The position numbers were made by a program, and so were the translations under genes. Below the pieces are notes generated by a model. It ran no database searches. It was not told the DNA's origin and was given only the letters and a program-made list of their open reading frames with translations. Positions 48,447 to 59,707 of a DNA stretch of 64,000 bases are shown here, one piece after another. The stretch covers positions 192,001-256,000 of the forward strand of contig CAXXMV010000008.1 in NCBI GenBank assembly GCA_963662285.2. The letters are read 5' to 3'. The stretch is from a bacterium (GTDB taxonomy: Bacteria > Hinthialibacterota > Hinthialibacteria > Hinthialibacterales > Hinthialibacteraceae). Position 1 is the stretch's first letter, and each line of letters opens with the position of its first letter.

Positions 48447-49772
48447 TCACCCAAGAAACGCTTTTTGTTCTATCAATATTTTCTGAACCTGCTTGATGTC
48501 AATATCCTTAGCCGGGCTATTTGACCGTGCGGCGACCGCAGCCGCTGCTCCAGCGCCATGACCAGTGATAATGCAAGTACCAATAATACGGGCGTCTTCC
48601 ACCAGTTTTTTCTCGAAACTGAAGCAACGTCCAGCCGCCAGCAGGTTCTTGGTTTTCTTGGGCAGCAATGCGCGGTATGGAATTTGCCACCAAGGCCGTT
48701 CCCTGGTACTGACCCGTTTGCCATTATAAAGCAGACTGGTCCATGCTCCGCTGACGCCGATTACGTCATCGAATTGCCGATAGGTCATGGTATCCTTGAG
48801 CGTCAGTTGGTAATCGCCATCTAGAATCCTCGATGCCCGCACGCCGATCTGGGCTGCGGTATCCAACAGGAATACATCCTCATATCCCGGCATTTTCTTC
48901 AGTTTTTCGACTCTTTCCCAGACATCAATCCGGTATTTCTGCTGCAAGTCTGACAAGGTATACATATCAATGCCGTTCTGGTTATCCTCGCCATGCATAT
49001 TAACCCAATTCACGCTGGGTATGGGGGTAGGATTGCCAATGGGTAATTTCTTATATCCGGGCTTGGTTTTATCAATGCTGTCGATATTACCCAAGCGGTG
49101 CACCAGACCGATGTGATAAAACATGTTCTCATAATTTTCATCGGCCAGATGCAGGATATCGCCATCGCCGGTGCAATCGATAACCACTTTGGGATTGACC
49201 GCCACCCGGCCTGATTTGGTTTCCAGAATGACTGATTTGATCCAGTTGTTTTCGAGAATCACATTCGACGCCCAGCAGTGATAAAGCATCTTAACGCCGG
49301 AATCCCGAATCATTAAATCAAAGACATACTTACCAGCTTCGGGATCAATAACCGGATTCACTTCATCAATGGCCATGTGCATTGCTCTCAATTTCTGAGC
49401 CATCTCATCGCCGATGCCATAGATCACCTGCTTGAATTTGCCGCTCTGATCAAGCGCGTGGGTTGAGAGCAGGGGAAGAACCAAACCTCCTGTCCACAGC
49501 CCGCCTAAGTGATTGTAACGTTCAACCAAAAGCGTACTGGCGCCAGCGCGGCCAGCAGCCAAGGCAGCAGTAACCCCCGCCGGTCCGCCGCCAATCACCA
49601 ACACATCCGGCTCTTCAATAACCGGAATCTCGCGCGCCGGTTCAGTAACCGTCTTTCCATGCCCTAACGCCAAGTCTGCTGATTTCGAATCAGCTGCATT
49701 ACTGTACTGTGATCCGCTGAGTAAAGCGCCTTGAGTTAAAACCAGATTTGTTAGAAATGTTCTTCGTCGCAT
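48447..49772 (-). CDS. Tat-exported FAD-dependent oxidoreductase (FAD_oxidored family)
   Basis: MRRRTFL; DVLVIGGGPAG, LGGLWTGG, IDCTGDGD, IPYRALLP, AAGRC. Confidence 0.9.
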   Translation of the reverse strand: MRRRTFLTNLVLTQGALLSGSQYSNAADSKSADLALGHGKTVTEPAREIPVIEEPDVLVIGGGPAGVTAALAAGRAGASTLLVERYNHLGGLWTGGLVLPLLSTHALDQSGKFKQVIYGIGDEMAQKLRAMHMAIDEVNPVIDPEAGKYVFDLMIRDSGVKMLYHCWASNVILENNWIKSVILETKSGRVAVNPKVVIDCTGDGDILHLADENYENMFYHIGLVHRLGNIDSIDKTKPGYKKLPIGNPTPIPSVNWVNMHGEDNQNGIDMYTLSDLQQKYRIDVWERVEKLKKMPGYEDVFLLDTAAQIGVRASRILDGDYQLTLKDTMTYRQFDDVIGVSGAWTSLLYNGKRVSTRERPWWQIPYRALLPKKTKNLLAAGRCFSFEKKLVEDARIIGTCIITGHGAGAAAAVAARSNSPAKDIDIKQVQKILIEQKAFLG

Positions 49773-49892
49773 GATTCTCCTCTTATATAGAGATCGTTAA
49801 TTCACAAAATTATTTTCGTATATGGTGTATAGATTACCAAAAGAATAAGCATATTAATAGCAGTGGATTTACTCAAAAACTGTATAAAAGGA

Positions 49893-49926
49893 TAACGCCC
49901 CACCTGAATTATCAAATGGGGCGTTA
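49893..49926 (-). terminator. Hairpin terminator downstream of the WELY-tail gene
   Basis: TAACGCCCCA/TGGGGCGTTA stem. Confidence 0.65.
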
Positions 49927-49963
49927 AACTTAATGCAAAATCACATATAAAAACTCGGGGAAA

Positions 49964-51070
49964 TTAATAGAGTTCCCAGCCGGAAACAGGAGTTCCTCCA
50001 GCGCCTTGAGGATCAAAAGCGCCCGCCATGGTTCCTACAAAATAATCATACTGGAAACCACCAGCGGCTGAAGTTCCAGCGCTGCCTATATTAAATGCCA
50101 GTTCCTTCAAACCGGTCCATGTAGCAGTATCCTGCAAATCTTCCGGATCGGGGCGATCAACGCCATCGCCTCTTTGGATGACAGCTTCAATCGGTTCCAA
50201 ACTTCCGTCGCCAAAAGCGCGAACATTGATCAATGTAGGATCTGCAGCATCCACTTTTGCGCTGATCCATACAGAATGAAATGCAGTAGTATCAATATCC
50301 GTTAGAATTGGAACATTTTTGGCGCCATAATCTGTACCAGCAGCGTCTCCCTCTAAATCATTAACCAAGACTGACAATGTACCTTCAGTGTAATATCCTA
50401 CTCCAACCAGAATATTCTGAAGTCCATCAGCAGGATCGACGTATCCAACCCCGACATGAGCGCGGTCTGATGCTTCAGGGATGAAACGTAAAGTTCCATC
50501 ACCATTTGGTACGCCGTCGCCATCAGGATCAAGAGCGACGCTAACCAGATCTTCAGAGGCGCCAATATCAACATCGGGAACGATGGGGAAGATACGGAAA
50601 CGGGCGCAATAGGTAATTCCAGTAATGAATGGATCTTCTGTCAAAGCGCCTGGTTCATGCAGCGCAGCCAGGAAGAAGATTTTCCGGTCGCTGGGATCAG
50701 AAAGACCCAATTTTCGTGGATCGCCAAGATCGATAAGACGCATGGCAATAGCATCCGCTGCAGCGGTTACGCCATCTTCCGTCTCACCAACGCCTACTAA
50801 AGTTTCAACCTGTACTACATCGCCAACCAACACGCCATCCTGGATATAGACTTCCATTGCGTTAAAATCTTCAGTATGGGCATTCCCCGAATAGGAATCG
50901 CTTCCATTATTGTGATCCCAAACCGGGTCGCCTTCATAATCAGGAATTTTCTGCCATTCTTCCACGAAGGTCCAACCACCTGGAGGATCTGCCCATCCGC
51001 CACGGTCAGCAAAAGACGCAGGAACGATTAACATCATTCCTAACAAGGCTAATACAATACCTTTTCCCAT
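49964..51070 (-). CDS. Secreted acidic hypothetical protein with C-terminal WELY tail
   Basis: Signal peptide ..ASFA; WDHNNGSD; ends GGTPVSGWELY; start moved to MGKG (AAGGAG RBS). Confidence 0.75.
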   Translation of the reverse strand: MGKGIVLALLGMMLIVPASFADRGGWADPPGGWTFVEEWQKIPDYEGDPVWDHNNGSDSYSGNAHTEDFNAMEVYIQDGVLVGDVVQVETLVGVGETEDGVTAAADAIAMRLIDLGDPRKLGLSDPSDRKIFFLAALHEPGALTEDPFITGITYCARFRIFPIVPDVDIGASEDLVSVALDPDGDGVPNGDGTLRFIPEASDRAHVGVGYVDPADGLQNILVGVGYYTEGTLSVLVNDLEGDAAGTDYGAKNVPILTDIDTTAFHSVWISAKVDAADPTLINVRAFGDGSLEPIEAVIQRGDGVDRPDPEDLQDTATWTGLKELAFNIGSAGTSAAGGFQYDYFVGTMAGAFDPQGAGGTPVSGWELY

Positions 51071-51312
51071 AATAATTCTCCTTTCACAACCAATAACAAA
51101 ATATGATTTCCAAATGAAATTGGAAATACGAATTACCACTCAAGTGCAATCAATACAATATTCATTCGATAGCATAATTAATACATATTTATATTCTCAA
51201 ATAATTTCATAAAAATCAATAGCATGATTCAAAAAAAACTCATTTTCTTTAATCACTTTATCTTACTGTATTTACAGGTGTTATAACATTTTACACAAAA
51301 AATCTGCAAAAA

Positions 51313-51363
51313 AATTAACGTTAACGCCCACCTGGATTGCCAAACGGGGCGTTAACGTTAATT
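51313..51363. repeat. Second copy of the 49893 hairpin with extended arms
   Basis: AATTAACGTTAACGCCC-acctggattgccaaacg-GGGCGTTAACGTTAATT. Confidence 0.7.
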
Positions 51364-51564
51364 CAGCATAATAAAAATAAGAAGAATATTTGTCTCACTT
51401 AATTAATAGGACAATTATCAAGCAATAGTTAAAAAAAACATCGATCAATAGGGATTTCGATACAATAGTTTTCTGTGTTAATATTGAATCACTCATACTA
51501 TATAAATAATATTATTGAATAATTCCAACACGATCAACGTTTCAATATTCAGGACAAAACACCA

Positions 51565-52998
51565 ATGAAAAAACTCTGGATTTCATTAATCACATTAACC
51601 GCTCTGCTGGGCTTCACTGGCGCCTCAATCAATGCAGAAATCTATATCACCACGGAACCTGACATAATTCAAATAAAGAATAAACAACGCGATGATATCC
51701 AACAGGCGCAGTCCGCTGATGCTAATACCCTGCAAAAACTTGAGTTAACCCAGGAATCACTGCACACCTTAAACCGCCTTAAGGTTTATCGGTTCATAGT
51801 GAATTACTCGCATTTTCAAAAAGAAATTGACGAACTTGTTTCTATTATTACGTCAGTCAGCGCTGAGATGGAACAAGTAATGGATGCGGAAAATCCCTCT
51901 ACTGAGGATTTAAGAAACCTCTTTGAATACACTTACAACATCTGGTATTTGATAGACGCGCAAATACTGCTGGGCAACGAACATATTGGTGAAATCAAAA
52001 CAATTCAAGCAAAACGTTATGATTTCCAATCAAAAATCGCAGGTCTAACAAAAGCGAATGTAATCAACGGTGATATAAAACGGGCGGAACTTGGGCTGCA
52101 AAGCCGTATATGGCTGGCCATTTATCATTTGCAATCCGCAAAGTGGGAAAAAGAGACGCAGGATGTTTATCTGCAACCCGTACTTGAATTCCTTAATTAT
52201 CTGAATGGACGGAAGATAGAGTCTCCCAAAATCGAAGAAGAAATCCTGCACGCCAGAAATGTCGAGATTCAGATATATTTTGTGACGGAACAATATCAAC
52301 TATGCATCGACAGCGTGGATAAATATTTTGGCGAGACCATAAAGACGCTGACGCCTGAGACGCCGGAAAGCGAAGCGACCAGGGCTGCATTAGGCGCTCT
52401 TAGCCATAAAATCAAATGTATCGGCGCCCAACACCGCCCCGATATCTTTTCTATACGCAATAGCATTAGATTAATCCAGAAAAATCTAAAAGAGAAATCT
52501 GATTTCAGAGCCTATCTCGACGATGTGCGTAACGAAGCCGAACAATATCCCCTGACTCCAGACCAGGAAAATATCTTACGGGATACCATGAAAACAGCGG
52601 AGTATCTTACAACTTTTGGCGACCGTCACGCCGATGTAAGCCCCAGACAAGACCCGCTGGTTCAAAAATGGAGACTGGTTTTTAAGTTTTACGAAGCACT
52701 GGGTATGAAAGAATTGAGCGATGAGAAAAAAATTGAATTGGTAGCGCAATATCCCAATCGGTTTGCAGAATACAGGTTGATGGCTGAAATCCAAAAGCAG
52801 CGTCAACAGATGCAAGAGCGGCAGGAAAATCTAAAAAAATCGCAAGAAATCAAGAGAAGAAATAAGCGATGGATGAACATCTCTCAATACGCCATCGGAT
52901 CACTCATGATTATTCTAACTATGGTAATCTCAGCCCGAAGAAGGAGAGAAGAAGAGGAAAAGGAAAAGAAAGATGATGGCCGATGGAAAGGCGTTTGA
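51565..52998 (+). CDS. Hypothetical helical protein with signal peptide and C-terminal TM anchor
   Basis: MKKLW signal; helical/coiled-coil body; YAIGSLMIILTMVISA followed by RRRR. Confidence 0.7.
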   Translation: MKKLWISLITLTALLGFTGASINAEIYITTEPDIIQIKNKQRDDIQQAQSADANTLQKLELTQESLHTLNRLKVYRFIVNYSHFQKEIDELVSIITSVSAEMEQVMDAENPSTEDLRNLFEYTYNIWYLIDAQILLGNEHIGEIKTIQAKRYDFQSKIAGLTKANVINGDIKRAELGLQSRIWLAIYHLQSAKWEKETQDVYLQPVLEFLNYLNGRKIESPKIEEEILHARNVEIQIYFVTEQYQLCIDSVDKYFGETIKTLTPETPESEATRAALGALSHKIKCIGAQHRPDIFSIRNSIRLIQKNLKEKSDFRAYLDDVRNEAEQYPLTPDQENILRDTMKTAEYLTTFGDRHADVSPRQDPLVQKWRLVFKFYEALGMKELSDEKKIELVAQYPNRFAEYRLMAEIQKQRQQMQERQENLKKSQEIKRRNKRWMNISQYAIGSLMIILTMVISARRRREEEEKEKKDDGRWKGV

Positions 52999-53001
52999 TT
53001 C

Positions 53002-53670
53002 TTAATACTCATTACCCCCGCCTGAGCGGAACACGATGTCGCCCACGCTAACCAAACCGTTGGATGCGGTGTATGGGATTCCCCTTTGGGGGTCTCCAGC
53101 GCCTGCTCCGATACCGAATTCCTTATCGGGACCACTGCCGATTAAGGCGAACTCGCCTACTGTAAGAGGACGAAGCCCCAATGGTTCAGCGATCCCCGGT
53201 TTTAATGCGTTGAAATTATGGTTGTAATCGTTGGTTCCAGATTGTCCCTTATAAGCGGCTTCATAGTCTCCATAGCGGTAAGATTCACTCGCCCCTCCCG
53301 GACCGACGAAGAAGGGGTCTACAGGAATGGCGGACATATAAGCCGTGGGGCTGGTTAATGGCGCCAGTACGGCGAACATATTGCGGCCGCTGGGTTGAGG
53401 ACATCCGGTTCCCATGCCTACTTTATGAAATGAGTTTTCAAGACGTTTACAGCCCAGTTCAGTATCATCATCCCACCAATCAACCGGATAAGCGCCCTTA
53501 TCAACTTTTAGCGACATAACTGCGGTTGATAACGACTTCATATCAGCAAGATTTCGTGCGATCTTGGCCTGTGTTTGAGCATTGAGAAAATTGGGAACCG
53601 CGATAGCCGCCAGGATTCCAATAATGGCGACCACAATCAATAGTTCGATTAGAGTGAAGGATTTTTGCAT
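53002..53670 (-). CDS. Prepilin N-terminal cleavage/methylation domain protein (GspG/PulG-like pseudopilin)
   Basis: KS|FTLIELLIVVAIIGILAAIAVPNF, LTSPTAY, DPF, GSGPD, YTASNGLVSVGD; start moved to MQKS. Confidence 0.9.
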   Translation of the reverse strand: MQKSFTLIELLIVVAIIGILAAIAVPNFLNAQTQAKIARNLADMKSLSTAVMSLKVDKGAYPVDWWDDDTELGCKRLENSFHKVGMGTGCPQPSGRNMFAVLAPLTSPTAYMSAIPVDPFFVGPGGASESYRYGDYEAAYKGQSGTNDYNHNFNALKPGIAEPLGLRPLTVGEFALIGSGPDKEFGIGAGAGDPQRGIPYTASNGLVSVGDIVFRSGGGNEY

Positions 53671-53773
53671 TTTATTATCCACGCTAATAGAATCACATCT
53701 TGGAACACAATTTTCAATCAATATAAAAACATAATAGGTTCATCCGGTAAATAAGTACTTTATTATCCTTTTT

Positions 53774-53925
53774 TGTCTGAATCAGGATAGCCAAGATGAA
53801 AGGATGCTCATGATGGGTGATTCTTTAATCTATCACATAAGAATCAGAATAAACAACGATAGATCATACGCTTTAGATGTAAAATCCTGAGTATCCGGTA
53901 AATCCAGATTATCCTGATTCAGACA
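53774..53925. mobile_element. Repeat family B, 152-bp MITE-like element
   Basis: TIR TGTCTGAATC/GATTCAGACA; colinear with 17870-18021. Confidence 0.8.
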
Positions 53926-54055
53926 TTTTTTAGTCTACTTCAGTTAGTATGTATTCAATTACCGGAGGAACCACATAATATGATACCAAGAGACAATTTA
54001 CTACAACACAACCAAATAATCTTTCACAAAAATCAAGATAAATCACAAAGAATTA

Positions 54056-55270
54056 CTAATTCTCACAAATTGCTTTGATAGCGTCAAGCGCCGCCTGGTT
54101 TTTCTTGATGCTGCTCCAGTTATAGATGCATAAATAGCGGCATTTTGGAACCGACAAGGTTCGCCCAATAGCGTTGATCCAGTCATCCCGGTCATTATCC
54201 CCCATTAAAAGCCATTCAACCGCCGCCCAGTAGGGCGCATCGCTCTTCTTGAGGTTTCTCTGCACTCCCCTGTCTCTGGCCGGATTACTCGCATATTTGT
54301 AGAAACTCCATCCGGGACAGGCGTACTGATTCACCGCCGAATCGTATAACAACTCATCATCTTTCCAACCAGCCGTATGGGTGAACAACTGCCGACGCGG
54401 CGTTCCTAATTCAGCGGCCAAAGCGCATAGATCATCAAGATGCCGACTGACGATCTCGGTGAGATGAGTTTCCTGCAATTCTCCACTGTGAGCCAGTTCA
54501 GCGGTACTAACCGCAGCATAGCCGATGGCGGTCACGCCCCGGTGCGGCATATCCTCAACCTTGAGTCCCGTTTGAGGATCATTTTTATCTGGCTTATCCA
54601 ACAGCGCATTTCCATCGGGATAGTAGAACGAATTTACTCCAATGGCGCTCTCCCATCCCAGTTTAACGCCAATCAACAGATGCTGTTTATCCTGCGGCAG
54701 CGCCTGACTCCATTTCAGGATAATAGGTATCAAAACCCGCATCTCATCATGGCAGGCTTTACGATAGGGCTTGCTCATAAAATTAGGTGGAGGCAAAACT
54801 CGAATCTGCCTGCCCCAGTTGCGCCAGGCTATCTTAACGGCGTGTTCCGGCCCCCATCCCGACCACTCGACATTATTGCGGTTCTGTGGATCATAGCCGG
54901 GACGCCCTTCATCCCACCAGTTCCATAAATCAGGACGTCCTCCCCACCACTGCTCGCCATCCAATTGTATTACAACCGGGATGCTGTTACGCTCAGCCAA
55001 AGAGAGAAACTTTTTCAACCGGAGGATGGATTGTTCACGGGGTTTATTTAAGTATGAGAATATAGCCGCGATCCCCAGGCCAACCTTATTGGAAGACTTG
55101 TTTTTAGATACCGCCTGGATTTTCTCGAAGACGGATTGGGTTATTTCGCCATCCGCAATATTAACCACAATATACTGCTCTTCCGCCCTAACGTCTTCAC
55201 CAATTAATAACACAAACAGAGGGCATAGAAAAACCGCCAAATAAATCATTCTACAAAATATTCTGTTCAT
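54056..55270 (-). CDS. Secreted hypothetical protein, probable glycoside hydrolase-like TIM barrel
   Basis: Signal peptide; WNWW..NVEW..W, GVKLGWE, FTH, WAAVEW. Confidence 0.6.
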   Translation of the reverse strand: MNRIFCRMIYLAVFLCPLFVLLIGEDVRAEEQYIVVNIADGEITQSVFEKIQAVSKNKSSNKVGLGIAAIFSYLNKPREQSILRLKKFLSLAERNSIPVVIQLDGEQWWGGRPDLWNWWDEGRPGYDPQNRNNVEWSGWGPEHAVKIAWRNWGRQIRVLPPPNFMSKPYRKACHDEMRVLIPIILKWSQALPQDKQHLLIGVKLGWESAIGVNSFYYPDGNALLDKPDKNDPQTGLKVEDMPHRGVTAIGYAAVSTAELAHSGELQETHLTEIVSRHLDDLCALAAELGTPRRQLFTHTAGWKDDELLYDSAVNQYACPGWSFYKYASNPARDRGVQRNLKKSDAPYWAAVEWLLMGDNDRDDWINAIGRTLSVPKCRYLCIYNWSSIKKNQAALDAIKAICEN

Positions 55271-55353
55271 CGATGCATATCCTTTTTTTAAGTCGTATAA
55301 AATACTACTTTACAAAAAACCTCGTATAATCAATTAATTGCTAAAGTGGTCAA

Positions 55354-55500
55354 TATCAACCCTCACCTATCCTCTCCCAAGATTGGGAGAGGATTTATGA
55401 ACTAAGTCTTTTAAGAACTAAGTCTAAAAGATTTAGCAGTTTATCTCCAATACACCTATCTCCCAAGTTTTAAGTAGAATTCAAGAGGGGATTGTTCGCT
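55354..55500. mobile_element. Repeat family C element
   Basis: TATCAACCCTCACCTATCCTCTCCCAAGATTGGGAGAGG ... GAATTCAAGAGGGGATTGTT. Confidence 0.75.
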
Positions 55501-55589
55501 AAAACTATGATTTTTCAATTAACCTTATAATTTTATCAAACTATCATTTTTTATAATTCCCGATAGTAATATGGATTATGCCTTATAGC

Positions 55590-56462
55590 CTAAACCATCG
55601 GTTGATGAAATTTCCTATAATCGCGCGGCGAGACGCCTAGCGCTTTGCGGAACTGGCGGGTGAAGTAATTACCGTCGCTGAAGCCTGAGCGTTGTGCTAT
55701 GTCGGTGATGCTGACATTGGTGCTGCGCAGCATTACCGCTGCGCGGTTGATCCGCAGCTGGATCAAATATGCTATGGGAGACGATCCAACCGCCGCATGA
55801 AAGGCGCGGATGAAACTGCGTTTGGACATATCAGCGATCTGCGCCAGTTCATCAAGATTAACCGGCTTTTGGATGTTGGTCTCAATGAAGGTTATGGCGC
55901 TGGCGATGCGCAGCAGCGACCTTGAATCAGGATTTTGGCTGCGCTCATAACAGCGTGATAGAAAACCGATGATCTGCATAAATATGGCGGTCGACATAAA
56001 ACCGAATCCCGCATCACGCCGCTTCAGTTCCGCTTCCAGTTGATCAATAAATCCAACCAAAACATTCAGGTCGCCCGGCGTCAGATGCAAACGGCTGCGG
56101 AATTTATGACGCTGGCGCCAGGCCGGTTCAAGCGAAAAGAGCGCATGATACCCCGGCAGGGAAAGCAGATCGCGCTTATCTATCAAAAGTTTATCCAGAT
56201 CAAACAGAATATTAATCAAACGAAGCTGGTTCATATCCTGGTAGTCATGGGGCAGCGTCTCACCGATGACGAATACGTCTCCTGAGGTCAGAGGCCATGA
56301 ATCCTGCCGGGTGACATGCAGGCCGACGCCTCCGGTAATAATCACCAATTCAGAAAATTCGTGGGTATGCAATCCAAAAGGTTCCTGGGGGTCGCGGCGC
56401 TCGACGGCGATAGAAAATCCGTCTTGATGGAACCAGTGTTCTTTCCTTAATGTGCGAATCAT
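55590..56462 (-). CDS. rhaR: AraC family regulator, RhaR/RhaS-like
   Basis: HTHEFSELVII..G.GLH, LPGYHALFSLEP, AraC HTH GFSDGNYFTRQF; divergent from rhaA; start moved to MIRTL. Confidence 0.8.
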   Translation of the reverse strand: MIRTLRKEHWFHQDGFSIAVERRDPQEPFGLHTHEFSELVIITGGVGLHVTRQDSWPLTSGDVFVIGETLPHDYQDMNQLRLINILFDLDKLLIDKRDLLSLPGYHALFSLEPAWRQRHKFRSRLHLTPGDLNVLVGFIDQLEAELKRRDAGFGFMSTAIFMQIIGFLSRCYERSQNPDSRSLLRIASAITFIETNIQKPVNLDELAQIADMSKRSFIRAFHAAVGSSPIAYLIQLRINRAAVMLRSTNVSITDIAQRSGFSDGNYFTRQFRKALGVSPRDYRKFHQPMV

Positions 56463-56491
56463 GGTATACCAGTTTAGAGGGTAAAATTCCT

Positions 56492-56554
56492 TTGGCAATA
56501 TCGTGCTATTAATAGGCGAGATAGTCAAGGAGATTACAGTAAATATGCCATAAT
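56492..56554 (+). promoter_or_regulatory. AraC-type direct-repeat operator and -10 of rhaA
   Basis: GGCAATATCGTGCTA (56494) and GGCGAGATAGTCAAG (56515) 21 bp apart; CATAAT at 56549. Confidence 0.5.
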
Positions 56555-56601
56555 ATGCCTGGCATAGATGAGCATGAAAATAGATCATAATAGAGAACGG
56601 G

Positions 56602-57879
56602 ATGATTATTATGTCATTGAATCAAGAGAAAATTGAACAGGCCTACAAAATCGCTAAAGAGCAATATGCGGAGATTGGCATGGATGTTGACCAGGCCATA
56701 GAGACGCTGGCTAAAATCCCCATATCGCTGCATTGCTGGCAAGGCGACGATGTAGGCGGCTTTGAAAATGCGGGAGGCGACATCGGCGGTGGTCTGGCGG
56801 TGACCGGAAACTACCCCGGCAAAGCGCGCACCCCGGATGAGTTGCGCAGCGACCTGGATAAGGCGCTATCGCTGATCCCCGGCAAGCACCGGCTCAACCT
56901 GCACGCCAGTTATGCTGAGACCGGCGGCCAGAAAATCGAACGAAATAACCTGGAACCAAGCCATTTTCAAGGTTGGATCGACTGGGCCAAGGGCAATGGT
57001 ATGGGCATGGATTTCAATCCAACCTATTTCGCCCACCCCAAGGCGGACGATGGATTCACCCTGTCGCACAAGGATAAAGGCATCCGCCAGTTCTGGATCG
57101 AACATGGCATCGTCTGCCGCAAAATCGGCGAGGCCTTCGGTAAAGCGCTGGGTTCGCCCTGCGTGACCAATGTCTGGATTCCCGACGGCTACAAAGATAC
57201 TCCAGCCGACCGCCAAGGCCCCCGCCAGCGCTTAGCGGATTCGTTGGACGCCATATTCAAAGAGCCTATTGACGCGCAATACAACCTGGACGCTATTGAA
57301 TGCAAACTGTTTGGCATCGGTTCAGAGAGTTACGTGGTCGGGTCGCATGAATTCTACATGGGCTACGCCATAAAGAACCAGAAGGTTCTGTGTCTCGATA
57401 CAGGACACTTTCATCCAACCGAAGTAGTATCAGATAAGATCAGTTCAATAATGCTGTGGATTGAAGAACTGCTGCTGCATGTCAGCCGCGGCATCAGATG
57501 GGACAGCGACCACGTTGTTGTGCTATCCGATGAATTGCAGGCGCTGGCCAAAGAACTGGTTCGCGGCGCATATCTGAGCCGCACTCATATCGGCCTGGAT
57601 TTCTTCGACGCCAGCATCAACCGCGTGGCGGCCTGGGTGATCGGAACGCGCTGCATGATCAAAGCGCTGCTCATCGCCCTGCTCGAACCAATTGACATGC
57701 TGCGCCGCTTTGAAGATGATGGCGACCATACCTCGCGTCTGGCCATAATGGAAGAGATCAAAACCCTGCCTTTGGGAGCAATTTGGGATTACTACTGCAC
57801 CAGGTCAAACGTCGCAGTCGGGCGAAACTGGCTTGATGAAGTTAAACAATATGAAAATAATGTACTAGCGAAACGGTGA
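56602..57879 (+). CDS. rhaA: L-rhamnose isomerase
   Basis: [52 protein letters not shown]. Confidence 0.97.
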   Translation: MIIMSLNQEKIEQAYKIAKEQYAEIGMDVDQAIETLAKIPISLHCWQGDDVGGFENAGGDIGGGLAVTGNYPGKARTPDELRSDLDKALSLIPGKHRLNLHASYAETGGQKIERNNLEPSHFQGWIDWAKGNGMGMDFNPTYFAHPKADDGFTLSHKDKGIRQFWIEHGIVCRKIGEAFGKALGSPCVTNVWIPDGYKDTPADRQGPRQRLADSLDAIFKEPIDAQYNLDAIECKLFGIGSESYVVGSHEFYMGYAIKNQKVLCLDTGHFHPTEVVSDKISSIMLWIEELLLHVSRGIRWDSDHVVVLSDELQALAKELVRGAYLSRTHIGLDFFDASINRVAAWVIGTRCMIKALLIALLEPIDMLRRFEDDGDHTSRLAIMEEIKTLPLGAIWDYYCTRSNVAVGRNWLDEVKQYENNVLAKR

Positions 57880-59348
57880 GAACGCTTATGAACGACTTAA
57901 ACAACAACTCAGAAAACAACATTCTCGACCCCAACCAGTCTGCGCCGGATCAAGTTGAAACCAGCGCACAACCGGGAGATGAATTTGAACGCGAGCCAGT
58001 GCCTCAGCGATCCCTGCTGGGCTTCAAGAGTTTTATCGGCATGTACGCCGGAGAGCATTGCGCCGGAACGGAACTAATGCTCGGACCATTGTTCCTCGCC
58101 TCAGGCGCCAGCGCCTTTAACTTAATCGTCGGCCTGCTGCTAGGCAACCTGCTGGCTGTCTTTAGCTGGATGTTTATGACGGCGCCGATCGCCACCCGCG
58201 CCCGTCTTACGCTCTATTATCAATTAGAAAAAATCTGCGGCCGGAAACTAGTAACACTTTATAACCTGGCCAATGGAGTGATGTTCTGCTTCCTGGCCGG
58301 CGCCATGATAACCGTATCGGCGACGGCAGTCGGTCTCTGCTTCAATATCGATATGCCGGGTTTATACGATTACTACCCCAACAGCATTGGTTGGGTATTA
58401 TCGGTCTTCGGAGTGGGACTGGTCATTTCAGTAGTGGCCGCCTATGGATACCAAACCGTATCAAGATTCGCCAACATCGCATCGCCTTGGATGGTGTTGG
58501 TATTTCTAGCCTTCGGCTTCGTTGCATTGCCGCAATTAGGCGTTGATTCATTCGGTAATTTCTGGGCCGTCGCTAATGAAAACATCTGGAAAGGCGGAGA
58601 GCCTTTTGAAGGATACGCAAAATTCACTTTCTGGCATATCGTATTCTGGTCATGGTTCTGTAATATGGCCATGCACATCGGCATGTCGGATCTAAGCGTG
58701 TTCCGTTTCGCTAAGAAATCATGGTATGGCATCGCGTCCGGCGCCGGAATGTATGTCGGTCATTATTTCGCCTGGATTTCAGCTTCCTTACTATTCGCGT
58801 TGCAACTCCATCGCAATCCCCTCAACCAGGATGTTCTTCCTGGACCAATGGCCTATGATGCTGCTGGAATCGCCGGATTAATATGCGTTGTTATCGCCGG
58901 ATGGACTACCGCTAATCCAACCATCTACCGCGCTGGACTGGCATTCCAAGCTATTATCCCCAAAGTTTCAAGATTCAAAGTCACAATTCTTACCGGACTA
59001 CTGGCAACCTTAGCTGGTATGTTCCCCTGGTTCGCCATGAAACTTTTGGATTTCGTAGCACTGTATGGCATGTTGCTTATGCCGATGGGCGCGGTTATCT
59101 TCGTCGATTTCTGGCTGCTCAAAAAATTCGGCCTACAAAGCAATTACGCTGAACTGAGCCGCATGACATTCAACTGGGCAGCAGGATTAACCTGGTTCCT
59201 CACCTTGGGAACTTGTATTTTACTGGTTAAGTTCGCTGGCATCCAGATTTATTTCGTCAGCCTGCCGGGCTGGTTCGTGGCGGCGGTATTATACGTTGTC
59301 TTAAGTAAGTATTATCAGCAGAAAGTACATCAAAGCGCCAGCGCTTAA
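57876..59348 (+). CDS. NCS1 (purine-cytosine permease-like) transporter
   Basis: [30 protein letters not shown]; about 12 TM; overlaps the rhaA stop. Confidence 0.8.
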   Translation: MRTLMNDLNNNSENNILDPNQSAPDQVETSAQPGDEFEREPVPQRSLLGFKSFIGMYAGEHCAGTELMLGPLFLASGASAFNLIVGLLLGNLLAVFSWMFMTAPIATRARLTLYYQLEKICGRKLVTLYNLANGVMFCFLAGAMITVSATAVGLCFNIDMPGLYDYYPNSIGWVLSVFGVGLVISVVAAYGYQTVSRFANIASPWMVLVFLAFGFVALPQLGVDSFGNFWAVANENIWKGGEPFEGYAKFTFWHIVFWSWFCNMAMHIGMSDLSVFRFAKKSWYGIASGAGMYVGHYFAWISASLLFALQLHRNPLNQDVLPGPMAYDAAGIAGLICVVIAGWTTANPTIYRAGLAFQAIIPKVSRFKVTILTGLLATLAGMFPWFAMKLLDFVALYGMLLMPMGAVIFVDFWLLKKFGLQSNYAELSRMTFNWAAGLTWFLTLGTCILLVKFAGIQIYFVSLPGWFVAAVLYVVLSKYYQQKVHQSASA

Positions 59349-59363
59349 GGAGTTTTTAATATC

Positions 59364-59540
59364 ATGAGAATAATCCTGCAAATAATATCCTGGATCGCAT
59401 TGGCGGCGACGCTGGTTCCTTCGATGCTCTACTGCGTTGGATCAATGCCGCTGGATATGGTAAAATGGATCATGCTGCTGGCTACAATCGTATGGTTCGC
59501 AGTCACCCCGTTCTGGATGAACCGCAAACCATCTGCATAA
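59364..59540 (+). CDS. Small two-TM membrane protein (58 aa)
   Basis: Manual translation MRIILQIISWIALAATLVPSMLYCVGSMPLDMVKWIMLLATIVWFAVTPFWMNRKPSA; AAGGAG RBS. Confidence 0.75.
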   Translation: MRIILQIISWIALAATLVPSMLYCVGSMPLDMVKWIMLLATIVWFAVTPFWMNRKPSA

Positions 59541-59707
59541 TCAGCCAGCCGATTATTGCCCCTAACTTCCCCCAAGTTCGGGGGAGGTTAGGGGGCAATG
59601 TCATTAAATTAACCGTGTTGTCCCCTCTCTCCCGAACTCCTCTCCTGACACAAATCAGGAGAGGAAAATGAAACGGGCAACATCCTAGAATGGGCAACAT
59701 CTTTGAG

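Noticed and set aside
52880-52998. PEP-CTERM/LPXTG-type sorting signal
   Set aside because: TM and basic cluster are present but there is no signature motif before the helix
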